From contig NC_086097.1 in assembly GCF_963921235.1 (NCBI RefSeq), forward strand, positions 242,670,001 to 242,734,000: a stretch of 64,000 nt of DNA. The letters are read 5' to 3'. Under the pieces are notes generated by a model, which worked only from the letters and a program-made list of their open reading frames with translations, searched no databases and was not told the origin of the DNA. Positions 1-13,648 of the stretch are shown in pieces. The first letter of the stretch is position 1; every line of letters begins with the position of its first letter. Origin of the DNA: Mobula hypostoma (taxonomy: Eukaryota). The position numbers and the translations under genes are program-made.

Positions 1-354
1 AAATCACTGGAGACAAGAAGCTGAAGATGCTGCAATCTGAAGCAAATAATTGCAAGACCAGAGGCTCTGAACCCGTGGTCCACGGACCCCTCGGTTAATG
101 GTCAGGGTCCATGGCATAAAAAAGGTTGGGAACCCCTCTGCTAAGAACTCAGTTGGCAGACAGCATCTATGAGTGGGAAACGAATTGTCAAAATTTCAGG
201 ACAAAACTCTGCAAGAAGAACAGAGTGGAGTGGTGGGGAGGAGATAGCTGGTAGAAAGGCAAGGCGCATGTGTGGCTCCCTTTACACAAGCCCATGTGGA
301 TAAAGGGCCAGATATCTGACCCTGGTTTCATCTGCATTGCCTTATAACACTGAC

Positions 355-735
355 AAGACCACAAGACGTCAGAGCAGAATTAAGCCATTTGCCTAACAAG
401 AGTGCTCTGCCATTTCATCATGGCTGATTCACTACATCTTTTTGCCCCATTCTCTTACATTTTCCCTGTAACTTTTGGCCCTTACTAGTCACTAACCTAT
501 CAACATCTGCTTTAAATATACTTAATGATTTTGCCTCCACAGCCATCTGTGGCAATGAATTCCACAGATTCGCCTCCCTCTGACTAAAGAAATTCCTTCT
601 CATCTGTTCTAAAGGGACACCCTTGTATTCTGAGGCTGTTCTCTCTGGTTCTAGACCCTTCTCACCATCCCCCTTCCATTACAGGAAATATTTCTTAACG
701 TCCACTCTTGCTAGGCCTTCAATATTTGATAGATT
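355..735 (-). mobile_element. CR1 3' fragment
   Basis: RRNFFSQREANLWNSLP plus CR1 3'UTR. Confidence 0.85.
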
Positions 736-1539
736 GTGAGGATTGAAAGAGGGAGGAATAGAGGAATATCATGTGGTGTTAAATCAAAATACCAACCTAA
801 GTGACCAAGGATTAAGACAAAAAACACGCAAATTACTTGAACTTTATCCAGTAGGAACAAATCGCGCTGCAATAGAGTCTATCACAGATCCATAAATGTC
901 AAATTTACATGAAGTGGGTTTTAATTACATTCAGCCAGTACTTTTAATTAAATTTGTCAGGCTGATTAATGGATTGAATACTAGCAAAGGACAATTACAT
1001 GCAAATCAATCTAATAATTGATAATACAACAACATAAAGAGAATGCAAGGAAGAACATTTTCATTCTGCAAGTTACTTAGGGCTAAACTTGTATATATGA
1101 ATAGAATCATCTGTAAAGACCCAAACTGAAATCTTTGACACCTGCTCATGTTGCAAAAATTCAATACTGAAAATATAAATGAATTCAGCAAATTAAGTGA
1201 AATCAGGCAATTAAAGAATGCCTGATCTTAAAGTTGAAATTGTGGTATGCAAAAGCTCAACTCCTCCCACTTTGGAGGAAAGAAATACTGTTTCACCTTT
1301 TACTTTTGGAGAACAGCTGTTTATTCCACGTATTACAAGAGCATGAAATCAAGGTATTCAAATCTTAGAATAAAGCAAAACAGAACTCTTAACTGTGTTG
1401 AGATATTTGCATTGATTTGATATACACCTGGCACCAAGTGCAATCCTGGAATGCAGGGGTTCGCCATCCCCTCAGTTAATGGTAGGGGTCCACAGCATAA
1501 AAAAGGTTGGGAACCCCTTTTCTAGTGAAACACAACTGG

Positions 1540-1541
<2 letters not shown>

Positions 1542-1595
<54 letters not shown>
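1542..1595. repeat. (GT)n microsatellite
   Basis: About 27 perfect GT units. Confidence 0.98.
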
Positions 1596-1597
<2 letters not shown>

Positions 1598-4486
1598 TGG
1601 GGGGAGAAGAATTACAGATGAAGACAAACAAATTTCTACAAATTACTTAAGATCCACTTAATTTATTGCATATAAAAAATGTAAATTTCTATTTTGTAAC
1701 AGAAGTAGTGTGTCATGTAACTACTGCATATCCACTCTCCAGTATCTGCAGAGCTAACAGCATTAGCTTGTAGAATTACTAGAAAAGGGCCTGTTTCCAT
1801 ACTTCTTTTCCACGACAAATTTAAGTAGGCAGTTTATAGTATAAATAAAAAAAATTACAATAGTGATAGTAAATGTAATTCAGTGCAAAGTTGAAACAAA
1901 TTAACCTTCAAATGTTAAAGTAATTGAATCAGAAACCATAATATACTGCTGACTTCAATGCCATTGCTGCTCATGCTCTAATAATGGAATTCAGAAACAA
2001 TAATTTAATAATTCTGCAACAGATATAAACAAAGTTTATTGAATATTTAAGGTTTGCACCTGCCCTAGATCATAATGAAAGAGACTCAAGACTACCAGCA
2101 CAATTTGGTACTGAGCATGGAGTGCAGCAATTCTTATGGAGTGCTCAACATTTCAATGCAAATTTGGCACTGGAGATTTACTTTATTTAGAGATACAACA
2201 CTGAGTAGGCCTTTCTGGCCCTTCGAAATGCACCACCCAGCAACCCCACAACCGCAATTAACCCTAACCTAATTTACAATGACCAATTAACCTACCTAGT
2301 AGGAGCACCTGGTGGACATACAGAGACTCCTTACAGATAACACCGGAATTGAACTCCGATGTCCCGAGCTATATAACACTGCGCTAACCCCCATGCCGGA
2401 GGTTCTGTTAATTATGTGCAATAATATTCATTCTTCATCTGCAGTACACAAACCAATGATTCCTATCAACTATCTTTGCTCATGAATAATCAGTCCACTT
2501 GCACACAACTCAAAATTGAAAACTGAGAAGTTTCAAATTTGAGAGTTGTAGTTTAAACCAACTTTACTATTTTAAATGTTCTTCAAACCAGAAAAGAAAT
2601 TTTTAGTTTGTTTAGGTCACAGGAAAACAAAATATTCTGTACAAAGAGCTGCATGTAGAAAGAGCAGTTCCTCTTGATAATTTCACTGGGGTTAGTGTAA
2701 TTCAATCTCACCATAAACAAAGTGAAATCATGTACCACTGCTCCAGTTTCACACAAACAATCCACTGCAGCTCAAGTGCATGCTGACTCAAACCACTGCC
2801 TTTCCAAAATTTATTATTAAACAGCAAATATTTTAGAAGCAAATATATAAAAAAAATCATTCCAGTTTTTCCAATCATTTTGGCACCTGGCAATGAGTGT
2901 AAAACGCAGGAAGTGTATCAACAGCTTTAGCCTGACTACATACAATAATGATGGTCATTCTTAAGGAAACCTCAACAGGTCCTAGGTAGATTTGTACTAG
3001 ATACACACTACTCTCCAAGAACCCAGTGTAATCTTGAGCTGGAGAAAACAAGGGAATGCAGAAAGGGTAGAGATCACTCATATTTAATCACAAGAGCGGC
3101 TATGTAATAAAAAAAATTCTGAGGGAGATCGAATACTGAAACAAGGTAACTGTGAAGAAGCTTCCATTTTCAGCTCAAAGTTCCAATGTACATCTGGAAG
3201 CAGACTACTACAGAAAATACAAAAACAGTGCTATACTGCTGACAGAGATTTGAAACACCATGACCACTTCATTAAAGTGGATTTTTGGTCCAATTGTGTT
3301 TTCTTGTAAAAAAAAACATGTGTAGTCAATGTTTTATGTGAATGCTGCTTATATGTTAACATATAACTAACTTTTCCATTGGTCATTCATATGACTGTAC
3401 CTGCACTAATAAACTTTTACTTCATAATAAGAGGCATACTTAAATCCTGACCAAGCAACAAAACACTTTTGATAGCAACTTCATTTATTCAGTCTATACT
3501 CAGTACAAACATTAGAAAAGTTCTCAACTTCCTGAGATTTAAACAAAATCCCCACTTAATGCATCTTCATATATTAAAATTATACAGAACTTTAAATTTA
3601 TGTGGTAGAAAATGTTCAAATTCTATAGACTGTGGTTTGTCAAGGAAAAATGCTCAAGGCACCTGATAATTATACCAGGAAATGGGGCTGATGACAAGTC
3701 TGGCTTCAGCAATTGTGCTGATTTTGCATGCTAGGTATCTGGTCATGGGAGTGAGCCCAACAGCTTTTTGAATAAAGATAAATATACAGCCATCATTATC
3801 CATAATGTTGCAATTATTAACCTTTTTGTGATGTGATTAACCCTGAAGAAAATGATAGTAATTTCAACCATTCATGATTCACTTTCAATGACTCTTCATC
3901 TCATGTTCTCGCTATTTATTGCTTATTTCTATTTTTGTATTTGCAGTTTGTTGTCTTCTGCACACTGTCCACCCATTGGTGCAGTGATTCTGTTATGGCT
4001 ATCAGATTTATGGAGCATGCCCACAAGAAAAGGAAACTCAGGGTCATACATGGTGACATATATACTTTGATAATGAATTTACTTTGACTTTTGAACTACA
4101 GTGAAAGTTCTGGGAACATTTGCATCAAACATTTAATTTTGTCCATATATTCTGTGGATTAATTTAAGAACATTGCTACTACCAAAGATTCAAAGTACAT
4201 TTATTATCGAAGTATGTATACAGAATACAACTGAGACTCATCCACCCTCCCCCCACCCCGGCAGCCATGAAGCAAAGAAACACCATGGAACCCATTCAAG
4301 AAAACATCAAACACCCAACACGTGAAAATAAACAAATTGCACAAACGTTAAACCAGAAGTTTAGTATTCATATTAGTTCAGTTCAGGGTTGCGCAGCCAC
4401 CCCACTGCTGACCACAGGGCAAAGAATTCTTCCCTGAAGTAGCCCAGGCTGCATCGATCACCCCAATCAAACTGCTCAAAAACAGC

Positions 4487-5036
4487 TGTAATGCCCTGGG
4501 AAAGGTTTCACTGCTAGTGTAATGGTTTCTCTGAAGCAGCAGTGTTTGGGTTATGACCAGAGATAACGGGGGCTTTGGAAAATGCGCGGTCCAATGAGGG
4601 GAGTGTTTTCTTGCTTGTGTGCCCGAGAGCAAGGTATTTGCGGTCTTTTCTTCGGTGGAAGATGGAGAGAGAAGATGCTGGAACAGACTGCAGGATACAG
4701 GATTGAGTGGACTTGGAATGGGGCTGGGAGCCGACGACACCTGGGGGAAAACCGATGGAGAACTAGCGGATGGGAAAACCTTGAGCTCCAATGTGCACAT
4801 TAGACTTTCATTAAAATGGGCCCTTCTTTTTGTTTTCTTTACTAACCCTATAGTCAAATTAATTATAAAGTTCAATTGTTTAATTGCATCTGGTGTACTG
4901 TCTGATATTTTGTGGTACTGATTTGTAACAGGGTAACACTCACGCAGCATCCACACAAATGAGATTTCACAAGTCTGGTGGGGCCAGAGACTGTCTTCCC
5001 CTGGACTAACGCTGCCAGCCGAACCCAAGGGTTACA
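4487..5036 (+). mobile_element. Solo LTR related to the Gypsy at 51.9-56 kb, inside EXT1 intron 1
   Basis: TGTAA...TTACA with imperfect terminal inverted repeats; near-TSD CAGC/AAGC; its reverse complement shares GGATGCTGCG, CCCTGTTACAAATCAGTACC and TTTGACTATA.GGTTAGTA with the 51903 LTR. Confidence 0.8.
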
Positions 5037-5949
5037 AAGCAAAAGAAAATAAGCATAATCCAGGAATACATGCAACATGAACCCCCCCCCCCCCCCAAAA
5101 ACGAGTCCACAGGTTCTGTGATTAATTCTCATCAGGGGATGGTAAACAACTTATAATTAGTGGTAGTAGTAATGGGAATCATAGGGCACTGTCAAGAACA
5201 CATTCGCAGAAGGATGCATTTGTAAACTACTTACAGCATTTTACTAGGCTGATATTTCAGATAGGCAGGCTGGCTTTGGCAGAATGACGGGAGAAGCCAG
5301 TGTAGCATCTCCAGACAGGTGGAATTGGAAGTGCCAAATACAAGGGTAGATTGGTAGTATGGGAGTACTTTGCTATTGGCTGAGTTAACTAGTGGATTTG
5401 GTGGGAGGATCAGTGGGTAGGTGAATGACACTGAATAAGTGTTTTAGCTTATGGATAAAGTATATAAATGTGGGTGCTCAGGCACGTGTGTTGGTCCCCA
5501 TGCACACAGTTTGCTCCCCAAATTTATTGTAAGCATTACTCCACTTTGGAGTCAAATTCAAGATTTACAGCAATTTCTCAGATCCAGGCACTAGTAACCA
5601 TTAGATTACAGTATCACCTACTGTGCAAGTATGTTTTCATCTTGTACATATTTTCATCACCACGCCAGAACAAGTGCTGGTATTAGTCCAAACTCAGGGC
5701 AAAGGCAAGACAATGTGCCTTTAATACTCCACTACTTGTTAGTATCTGCTTTACTGCAACTAAATATTCCGTGTTGGACTTAGTGCCGACCTAGATAAAC
5801 CTAAGGTTTCAACAAGAAAATGTTATGCTTTCTTAAACTGAATACATTGTTGCCTACATTAAAAAAAGGTGAGTATGAAAGAAATTAAACTCTTTCATAA
5901 AGCAGTTGAATACGAACTCCACACTTTTCAAAGACCATCTTATATACAA

Positions 5950-6300
5950 AGACAGAAAACCTACAACACACTACAGGCCCTTCAGCCCACAATGCTGTGC
6001 CGAACATGTACTTACTTTAGAAATTACCCAGGGTTACCCATAGCCCTCTATTTTTCTAAGCTCTATGTACCTATCCAGGAGTCTCTTAAAAGACCCTATT
6101 GTATTTGCCTCCACCACCATCGCCGGCAGCCCATTCCACGCACTCATCACTCTCTGCGTAAAAAACTTACCCCTGACATCCCCTCTGTACCTACTTCCAA
6201 GCACCTTAAAACTGTGCCCTCTCGTGTTAGCCATTTCAGCCCTGAGAAAAAGCCTCTGACTATCCACATGATCAATACCTCTCATCTTATACACCTTATT
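5950..6300 (-). mobile_element. CR1 3' fragment
   Basis: TRGHSFKV...KFFTQRV..AWNGLP. Confidence 0.85.
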
Positions 6301-6879
6301 GTGGTGATACAACACAAGTATGTAAAAGAAAGCAGATTTAATACAACATTATCCTTGGAAAAAGGAAATATCTTTGCTTGTTTACGCAAACTAAGCTTTT
6401 ACAAATTCACCTTACAGAACTGGCAACCATAATCAGAATACATTTTCAGGACTGGAGGTATTCAATAATTTGTGGTGAAGCATTTTGGAAAGAGCATTAA
6501 TAACCTTTAAATGCTTAAAATTTAATCATTCTAAAAAGAACTTGTACAGAACATCATAAACATGACAAATTCTGCAAATGTTAGAAACCAGAACTCAGCA
6601 GGTCAGGCAACATCTATGGAAATCAATAAACAGTCAGTGGTTCAGGCCGAGACCCTTCTTCTGGTCCAGTTCTGTCCCACCTACTGAGTTTCTCCAGTAT
6701 TTTGTGTGTATTGCCTAATAAAGAAAGTGTGGTTTATGACAGACAATGAACCAACTGCTATACTTTTAAATAGTTGGCAATGTACCTACAAGTTTCCTGT
6801 TCCAAAAGGATTCCATATACTTTATGGTAAATCTGCCCTCATTCCTATTACCATTTACACTGTGAGCTTTAACAATGTT

Positions 6880-7355
6880 AGTTTGACATACAGATGCACT
6901 GTGGAGAGCATTCTAACTGGCTGCATCACTGTCTGGTGTGGGGGGAGCATGGTTACTGGACAGGATCAAAACAAGCTGCAGAAGGTCGTAAGGGAGCGGT
7001 GTCTCAGAAGGACAGCATCCATTATTAATGACACCCCCCCCGCCCCCCAGCCATACCCTTTTCTCACTGTTACCATCAGGTAGAAGGTACAGAAGCCTGA
7101 AGGCACACACTCAGCGATTCGGAACATCTTCCCCTCTGCCATCCAATTCCTAAATAGATATTGAACCTGTGAACACTACCTCATTTTTTCAGAACATATT
7201 ATTTTGGTTTTTGCATGACTTTTAATCTCTAATACACATACTGTAATTGAGTTACTTATTTACTTTTTCTTCTTATATATTATGTATTGCATTGAACTGC
7301 TGCTGCCAACTTAAATTTCATGACACGTGCCGGTGATAATAAACCTGATTCTGAG
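6880..7355 (+). mobile_element. Rex1/Babar-type LINE 3' fragment; representative of many (~15285-15860, 24285-24645, 30065-30990, 36490-36870, 41220-41625, 42760-43490, 44640-45045, 50050-50440, 51130-51900 plus 56050-56320, 56940-57320)
   Basis: YRCTVESILTGCITVW and LPSGRRYRSL..HT.RF C-terminal motifs; AATAAA followed by (TTGAACT)n or (CTGATT)n tails. Confidence 0.7.
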
Positions 7356-7769
7356 ATGCAGAAATGGGTTGTTTTTATTTTTCTTAAAGGAAGGCTCGCA
7401 TGATATCTGATCATCAGAAACATCTGATTATTAGGCATCACCGTTTTCATATCACTGAAAACAAACTAATATTACACCTTATGCAGTGACTCTGCATTCT
7501 TTCCACACTTCTTCCTTACTCAAGACTTCCGGGCTCCCACAAAACTATACGCAAAAACTAAAATCACCGTATCCTACAGTCAAAAGTAAATAAATAGATG
7601 ATTTAGTTAACCTGTTCAATTCAAGCTATAAATCTGCATCCATTATCCATCAGATCAACTAACTAATTTTAGATGAATGAGCAGATTATAAGTGAAATGA
7701 TAAAGCAGTAAGTATAAACAAAACTGGGGAAGAGATACAAGAGAACTTGTGTGGCTTTCTCAGGTGTGA

Positions 7770-8125
7770 CAGAGGCTGATAGAGGTTTGTAAGATTAAAC
7801 AGACAGCCGGTAACTTTCCCCAGGCTTGAAATGTCTAATACCAGAGGGCATGCATTTAAGTAAGAGGATTAAGTCCAAAGGTAATGTGCAGGGCAATTGT
7901 TTTTCATATACAGAGTGAGGGGTGCTTGGAATGTACTGCCCATAGCTTTGGTGCAAATAGGACAAAGACCTTCAAGAGGCTTTTGGATAGGAATATGAAT
8001 GTGCAGAAAGTGGAAGGATATTGTGTAGTTAAAACTGATTAGCGTAGTTGGGTATTTGATTATTAACATATTGCTCAAGACAATATTGTGGGCTGAAGGG
8101 CCTGTTCTAGCGGCACTCTATGAAT
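7770..8125 (+). mobile_element. Degenerate CR1 3' fragment
   Basis: ACCAGAGGGCAT...GGTGCTTGGAAT...GGGCTGAAGGGCCTGTT tail. Confidence 0.65.
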
Positions 8126-11100
8126 CACTGGGGAAACAGACGGCAATGCACTTGATGGATAAACAGGTTTGCCCAAAACAAATTAATCTTGACACGTAAA
8201 AATGGACTGAAGAAAATGTTGGTGTGGTCTCCAGAACTTCTGAAATAAAATCTAGAATTATTTCCAAGAGTAACCATCAAAAATAAAAAAACCTCAGACT
8301 GAAACACAAAAAGAAAGAAATAATTTAAGAGGGTAAGCAAGAAAATGATCCTCCAGCTGAAACTCACTGAGAGATGATACTGACATCACTTCATTCCTTC
8401 TCCCAAACCCACTTTCAATCCAAGGCACTTAAACAACTAATTCATCTAATCAAACAGATTCTGAAATTAATGATACCCATTAACCTCCTCTATGCTTAAC
8501 AAGCAGTTAAATCCAATGCCTTTATGAAATCAGCCTAGTCTAAAAATGGTCTGTACTAATGAAATAGTTGATGTATTGTCACTCTACAAAGAAAGGAAGG
8601 AAACCAATTATGAACAAGGTCCTACATAGACAAAACTGACAGATGATCTACTTTTTGCAATGCTGAAACTTGAACAACTTTCCTGCCCTTCATTGCTCAA
8701 CATGCTGGTATTTTATTTCCACCAGACAGAAGACAACAGGCTTGGTTTCTTGTTTCATGTGAAAGTTGACATCTCTGATATCATAACTGTCCCCAGGCAC
8801 CACAATGTTAACCATCTGATGCATTCACATCTCTGCAGTGGGGACAGACTTCAATCTGTAGACTTGAAGCAAAATCGATATTTCTGAGCAAAGTGCCATT
8901 TTAATCCCAGCTCAAAACTTTCACAAATCTCCTCCCTGCTGAGGTAGGAAATGCATAGGTAAAGACACCTGTTGCACTGAGCAAAGCTTCGATAACTGAA
9001 CAAAAAGGCAGATCTACTTTGTTAAAAGATAACCTTAGTCAATCACATCCTCTAAACATTCCCAAAAGCATGTTGCTTACCTCTCAGTCACTAAAGCAGC
9101 AATTCATTCAGGAATGAGAACCAGAACCAACCATCTCCAACTTACCCAGATAATTGATAGCAATTAAACCTGACTGAAATCAGCCATCTTAGCACAGACC
9201 AACAGTACAAACAACAGAACAAATTTGGAGCTATATTAATATGCAGGCATCAGCTACTTTACTGGGCAATTGGATAAAATGAAAGGGCAAATGACACAAT
9301 GACGTCCATGTAAATAAATGCACAAGTATTTGACATTGTTAGCAGCTGTGCTACACTGCACAACTTAACTCCACTTTCAAACAAGATAATGGGACAAATA
9401 CAGATTCATTTTGTTCATCTGTAACAATTAGATGATACAAGTAAAATGCTACATTAGACAAGACACTTCTGCAAGGTGTTAACTCACTTCAGCCCTCCTG
9501 AATAATTTGGTGTTGATTTAATACTTTAATTAGACTTATTCTGATTAATCTATACTAGACCGAATAAAACACAATTACTTGGGTGTCTTGATCATGCAGC
9601 AACCAGTGGCAAGATTAACAAGCATAATAATTATTTTTTAAAAATTTGTTGCACAGATCTCTCAAATTGTAGTCATCCAAATGTGTTAATATTAAACACT
9701 CTCCAATAAGGATTGTGGTGTATTTTGTATGATCATTGAATTATTTACCCCCAAAAAAGCAGCTTAATTTCACAATATTGAGTCAGTACTATGACTGCAG
9801 ATCCAGTTCCCTGCAGCTAATGCCATCAATTGTTATTGAAGTGTGCATATACATTTTCTCAATAAATCATTTGCAGCCTTGATATTTTGAATATAATCTG
9901 CAAACTTAAGATTCAAGCACTAAAATTAAGCTTGTTGGTAAAACATGCTTCCAAAGTGCAAAATAGAAGCACAGGGGGTTAGATTAAACCAAGTTCATGC
10001 TCAGAATGAAATGCACTGTTAAAAAAAAATTTAAAAATGCAAAACTCTCCTAGATTCAGCTACTGGTTACAGCAGGGCTGAGGTGGTGGGTTTACTGGCA
10101 AGCCAGTAATTACAAATAAATCAAGTCAGAGCACTTTGATGTCAAAATACTAAAGCTTTGTTACAGCCTAAATTCATTAACCACTCAGGTTAATTTGACG
10201 AAACTGCCACAGTGAAACATTTGTAGGAGAATCTAATCTGTTAAATGGGCCTGTGAGCCTATAAAGGGATCACATAATGAGGAGACAGCACACACTGCTG
10301 TTCACTTGTCAGCCTATGGACGTCTATTCAAAAATTTGAGCGTCAGCGAAACCCTTTTCCAATTTTGCAGTTTCAGCAAGCCGGGTATACACTGCTGCAC
10401 AATGAATAAATATTGTGAGTCAATCAAGCATCTTCAAATATAAAATTAAAACAAGGTAATAAAGAACATAGACCCATCCCAATAACGACTGAAATTGCAA
10501 GTACTAAATGTTTAACCTTTAATCCTTGCCATTCTTCATGAACAACCATTAATTTAAAAAAGCACTAAGTGCTGAAAGGCCTAGTGCTTGAGGCTACAGT
10601 GGGAGGGGTTAGTATCCCATAGCAACAGAAAACAACCTTAGGATATAACTAAAATTACAACTACTGTATACCAAGTAACAGTGAGGCTTTCTTCTTGCCA
10701 CCTAATTAAAGCAATCCAAATGGTACACTTTGTATTTAAAATGCATTTTAACTGCTGGATAGCCATTCTATAAAGTGAATTTATCATCACAGCACATACA
10801 TAGCACCTAGCTAATTACATGTGCCTCAGACTGTGGCACAGTACTATATTTGTCAACATGGAGCTGAGGGCAAGTTTGGAAAGCTGGCGGCAGTGAAGGA
10901 TGTTGGGAATGGGTAGAATGCCGCAGGACAGGCGGCAGAGGAGTGCTGGGGCAGGGGGTAGCATGGGTGCAGACATACCCAGCCCTGAAACGCCAGGCAA
11001 CATCATTTGATTCCACACAATTGGTTTATTGATCACAGAATGTCTCTCTGGTGCTTCCCACTCCCTCCCCCTTTTCCCAACCATGAATCCCCTCCCCCTG

Positions 11101-11859
11101 ACCCCTTCCTACTCTTAGTCCACAATCGAGACACACATCAGAATTAGGTTTATCACTCGCGTCATGAAATTTGTTTTTTTTGTAACAGCAGTACAGAGCA
11201 ACACAAGATTACTACAGTACTGTGTAACCCAGAGATTCAATTTCTACATGCTAGGAAACTTATTTCCAGTAATTAGCTGTGAATTGAAATAATTTGAATG
11301 CCTCATAAACGGTTGAAGAAATGCGAAGAATAAGGTCATTTTGCATGCCATCTGCAGTGACAGCTAGAAGGCATTCATAAACCAGTCATATCATTTATCA
11401 ACAGAAGAATGCAGAAGCAATGTCTCTAAAAATGCAGCTTTTCATCTACCAAAGAGCAAAATCACAAGCTTACACTTAATGTCACAAGACTCAAATTTTA
11501 TCTAATGAAAGTCACCATCAAAAAGCTGGAATACTGTTTCCTTAAAATTTAACTGACTGAATACAATTCAAATAGAAAAAACTGCTGAATCCCCCAAGTG
11601 GAAGGAAAAGATATCCAAGGAGCATGCTAAAATTCTGCTTTTGGATAACTTAATCAGGGTTGGCAAAAATGACACCCCTGTGGATATGTGGGGTTAAAGA
11701 GGGTATTCCTAGAAATGAGCAACAGTACTGAACTAGAATTGAAACAAGGTGCAAAATGTAATCTTAAAATAAGTCTCTGGAACCCCATTTCTGAAATTTC
11801 AATTGAAGTTGATAATACCGTCCAGATTGAAATGCTATTCTGATATCATGGGCTTCAGA

Positions 11860-12350
11860 ATAGTCATAGAAAAGTACCTCACAGAAACAGGCCCTTGGCC
11901 CATCTAGTCCATTTAAGCTATCTACTCCTATCGACCTACACCAGGACCACACCCCTATCATCCACATATCTATCCAAACTCCTCTTAAAGTGTCGAAATC
12001 TAGCGCGCATACACCACTTGCGCTGGCAGCTTGTTCCACACTCTCACTACCCTCTGAGTGAAGAAGTCTCCTCTCATGTTGCCCTTAAACTTTTCACCTT
12101 TCACCCTTAACCCATGACATCTGGTTGTCGCCTCACCCAACATCAGTGGAAAAAGCCCCCAATCATCCTTTCTATACGCCACAAAATTTTGTACACCTCT
12201 ATCAAACCTCCTCTCAATCTTCTACTTTCTACTAAAGAATACAGTCCCAGCCTGCCCAATCTTTCCTTATAACTAAGGTCCTCCAGACCTAGCAACATCC
12301 TTGCAAATTTTCTCTGTACTCTTTCAATCTCATTTACATTGTTCCTGGCA
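11860..12350 (-). mobile_element. CR1 3' fragment
   Basis: IERVQRKFARML...LGLYSL..RRLRGGLIEVYK and FFTQRVVRVWN. Confidence 0.85.
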
Positions 12351-12695
12351 AGAAACATTTCTGTGAGCTTCTCAGTCTTGACAGGTGACAAAATGGGCAA
12401 CTGAATTACAATGTGCCATAGAAATTCATTGCCCTACTGCAAACTGCACATGAAAACACTAGGTCATAAAACTCACGCCTCGAGAGAAAGAAAACTTGTT
12501 CTTTCAGTTTATACTTTAATCTACTTTTGTTTAGACTCTTGCTTTTCACTTGCAACGTATCATATTGCAACACCTCTCCCTTACCAACGAAGAAATGTGA
12601 TGCAGAGCATTAGAGCGCATTTTTGTTACCTGTACTTGATTCAATTTGAAAACCTACCTCCCTCGCGGGCAAAACTTTGCAAAGCTAACGTTTAC

Positions 12696-13648
12696 CTTTC
12701 ATACTCATCGTTGTCCTTGTCACAGCGGATGTCCTTATGTTTTTGCCAGTCTTTTCCATGTTTACAGGTAGTTAAGAGGACAATGTCTTCTGCATTGTGG
12801 ACATGATACAGGGCATTCCTGGTATCAGACCCAATTCCAGTCAAATACCTTTTCCCTTTAAACACCAGTAAGTATTTTGTCAAGGGAGGGATGTTCCTGA
12901 AAAACATATAACTCTTTTCTCCCCCCGTCCTTGGGTGATCTTTCGAAAAGAGCGGGATAGAAACGTCAAAATTGCTCCTAAAATTCTCTGTGCTGATGCT
13001 GGCTTTGGCTAACATCGCCTGGCCGATATCAAACCCCAAGTCCTCGTTGTAATCGGGCCAGGTCCCGGAATAAAGATTAAAAATCAAATGGTTCCTGCCA
13101 TTGTTCCACAAGTGTAGACTCTGAACTTTGCTCTTCAGGTTGTGAACATACTGAGGCGAAAGCTGATCCCGGTCTAGAGTGTCCAAACTTAGAACGAATA
13201 GGCACGCTTGTCTCGGGTCCGAAGTGTAAAACTTAGAGCTCTCGATGGCAGCCAGGATGTTCTGGTAACTCTCGGACATCTTCTCCCCCTTCTGCTGCGG
13301 GTAGATGTAGACCTTGAAGCCGTTCCTGTGGCATAGGGAGAAGTCGAAGCAGGAGAGCATGCGGCACTTTTTGCCCTTGTACACACTGCTGTGGATCTCC
13401 CTCTTGCGCTGGGGTGATCCTCGCTGTGCGAACTCCTCGTCCTCCTGCTCTTGCTCGCCGCCCACCCAGAAGCTCTGCAGCGGGTCGGCCGCCAACGCCA
13501 GAGCCAGCGAGCCGGGCTCGGCCGCCCCTCGCCGGCTCTGCGCCCTAGCCGCGGGCGGCTGACCCCCAAGATGCCTTCCAGCCAGGTAGCCGAGCAGGAG
13601 CACACAGGCGCCGGCCGCCAGTAAGAGGTAGCGCTTTTTGGCCTGCAT
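12696..13648 (-). CDS. EXT1: Exostosin-1 (heparan sulfate co-polymerase), first coding exon: cytosolic tail, transmembrane anchor, stem and start of the GT47 exostosin domain
   Basis: Starts MQAKKRY at ATG 13648. Contains [56 protein letters not shown] and [23 protein letters not shown], essentially as in vertebrate EXT1. Ends GAA AG|GTAAAC with the donor GT at 12695-12694; 953 nt, phase 2, matching the known single large EXT1 exon 1. Confidence 0.97.

Larger units (their letters stand above)
1..12695 (-). other. EXT1: EXT1 intron 1 (5' part; continues beyond the window start)
   Basis: Follows the GT donor at 12695. No EXT1 exon 2 peptide was found in 1-12695, and EXT1 intron 1 is known to be very large. 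Confidence 0.85.

Noticed and set aside
4378..5028. 216-aa ORF
   Set aside because: Lies within a solo LTR; low-complexity, with no homologous motifs.
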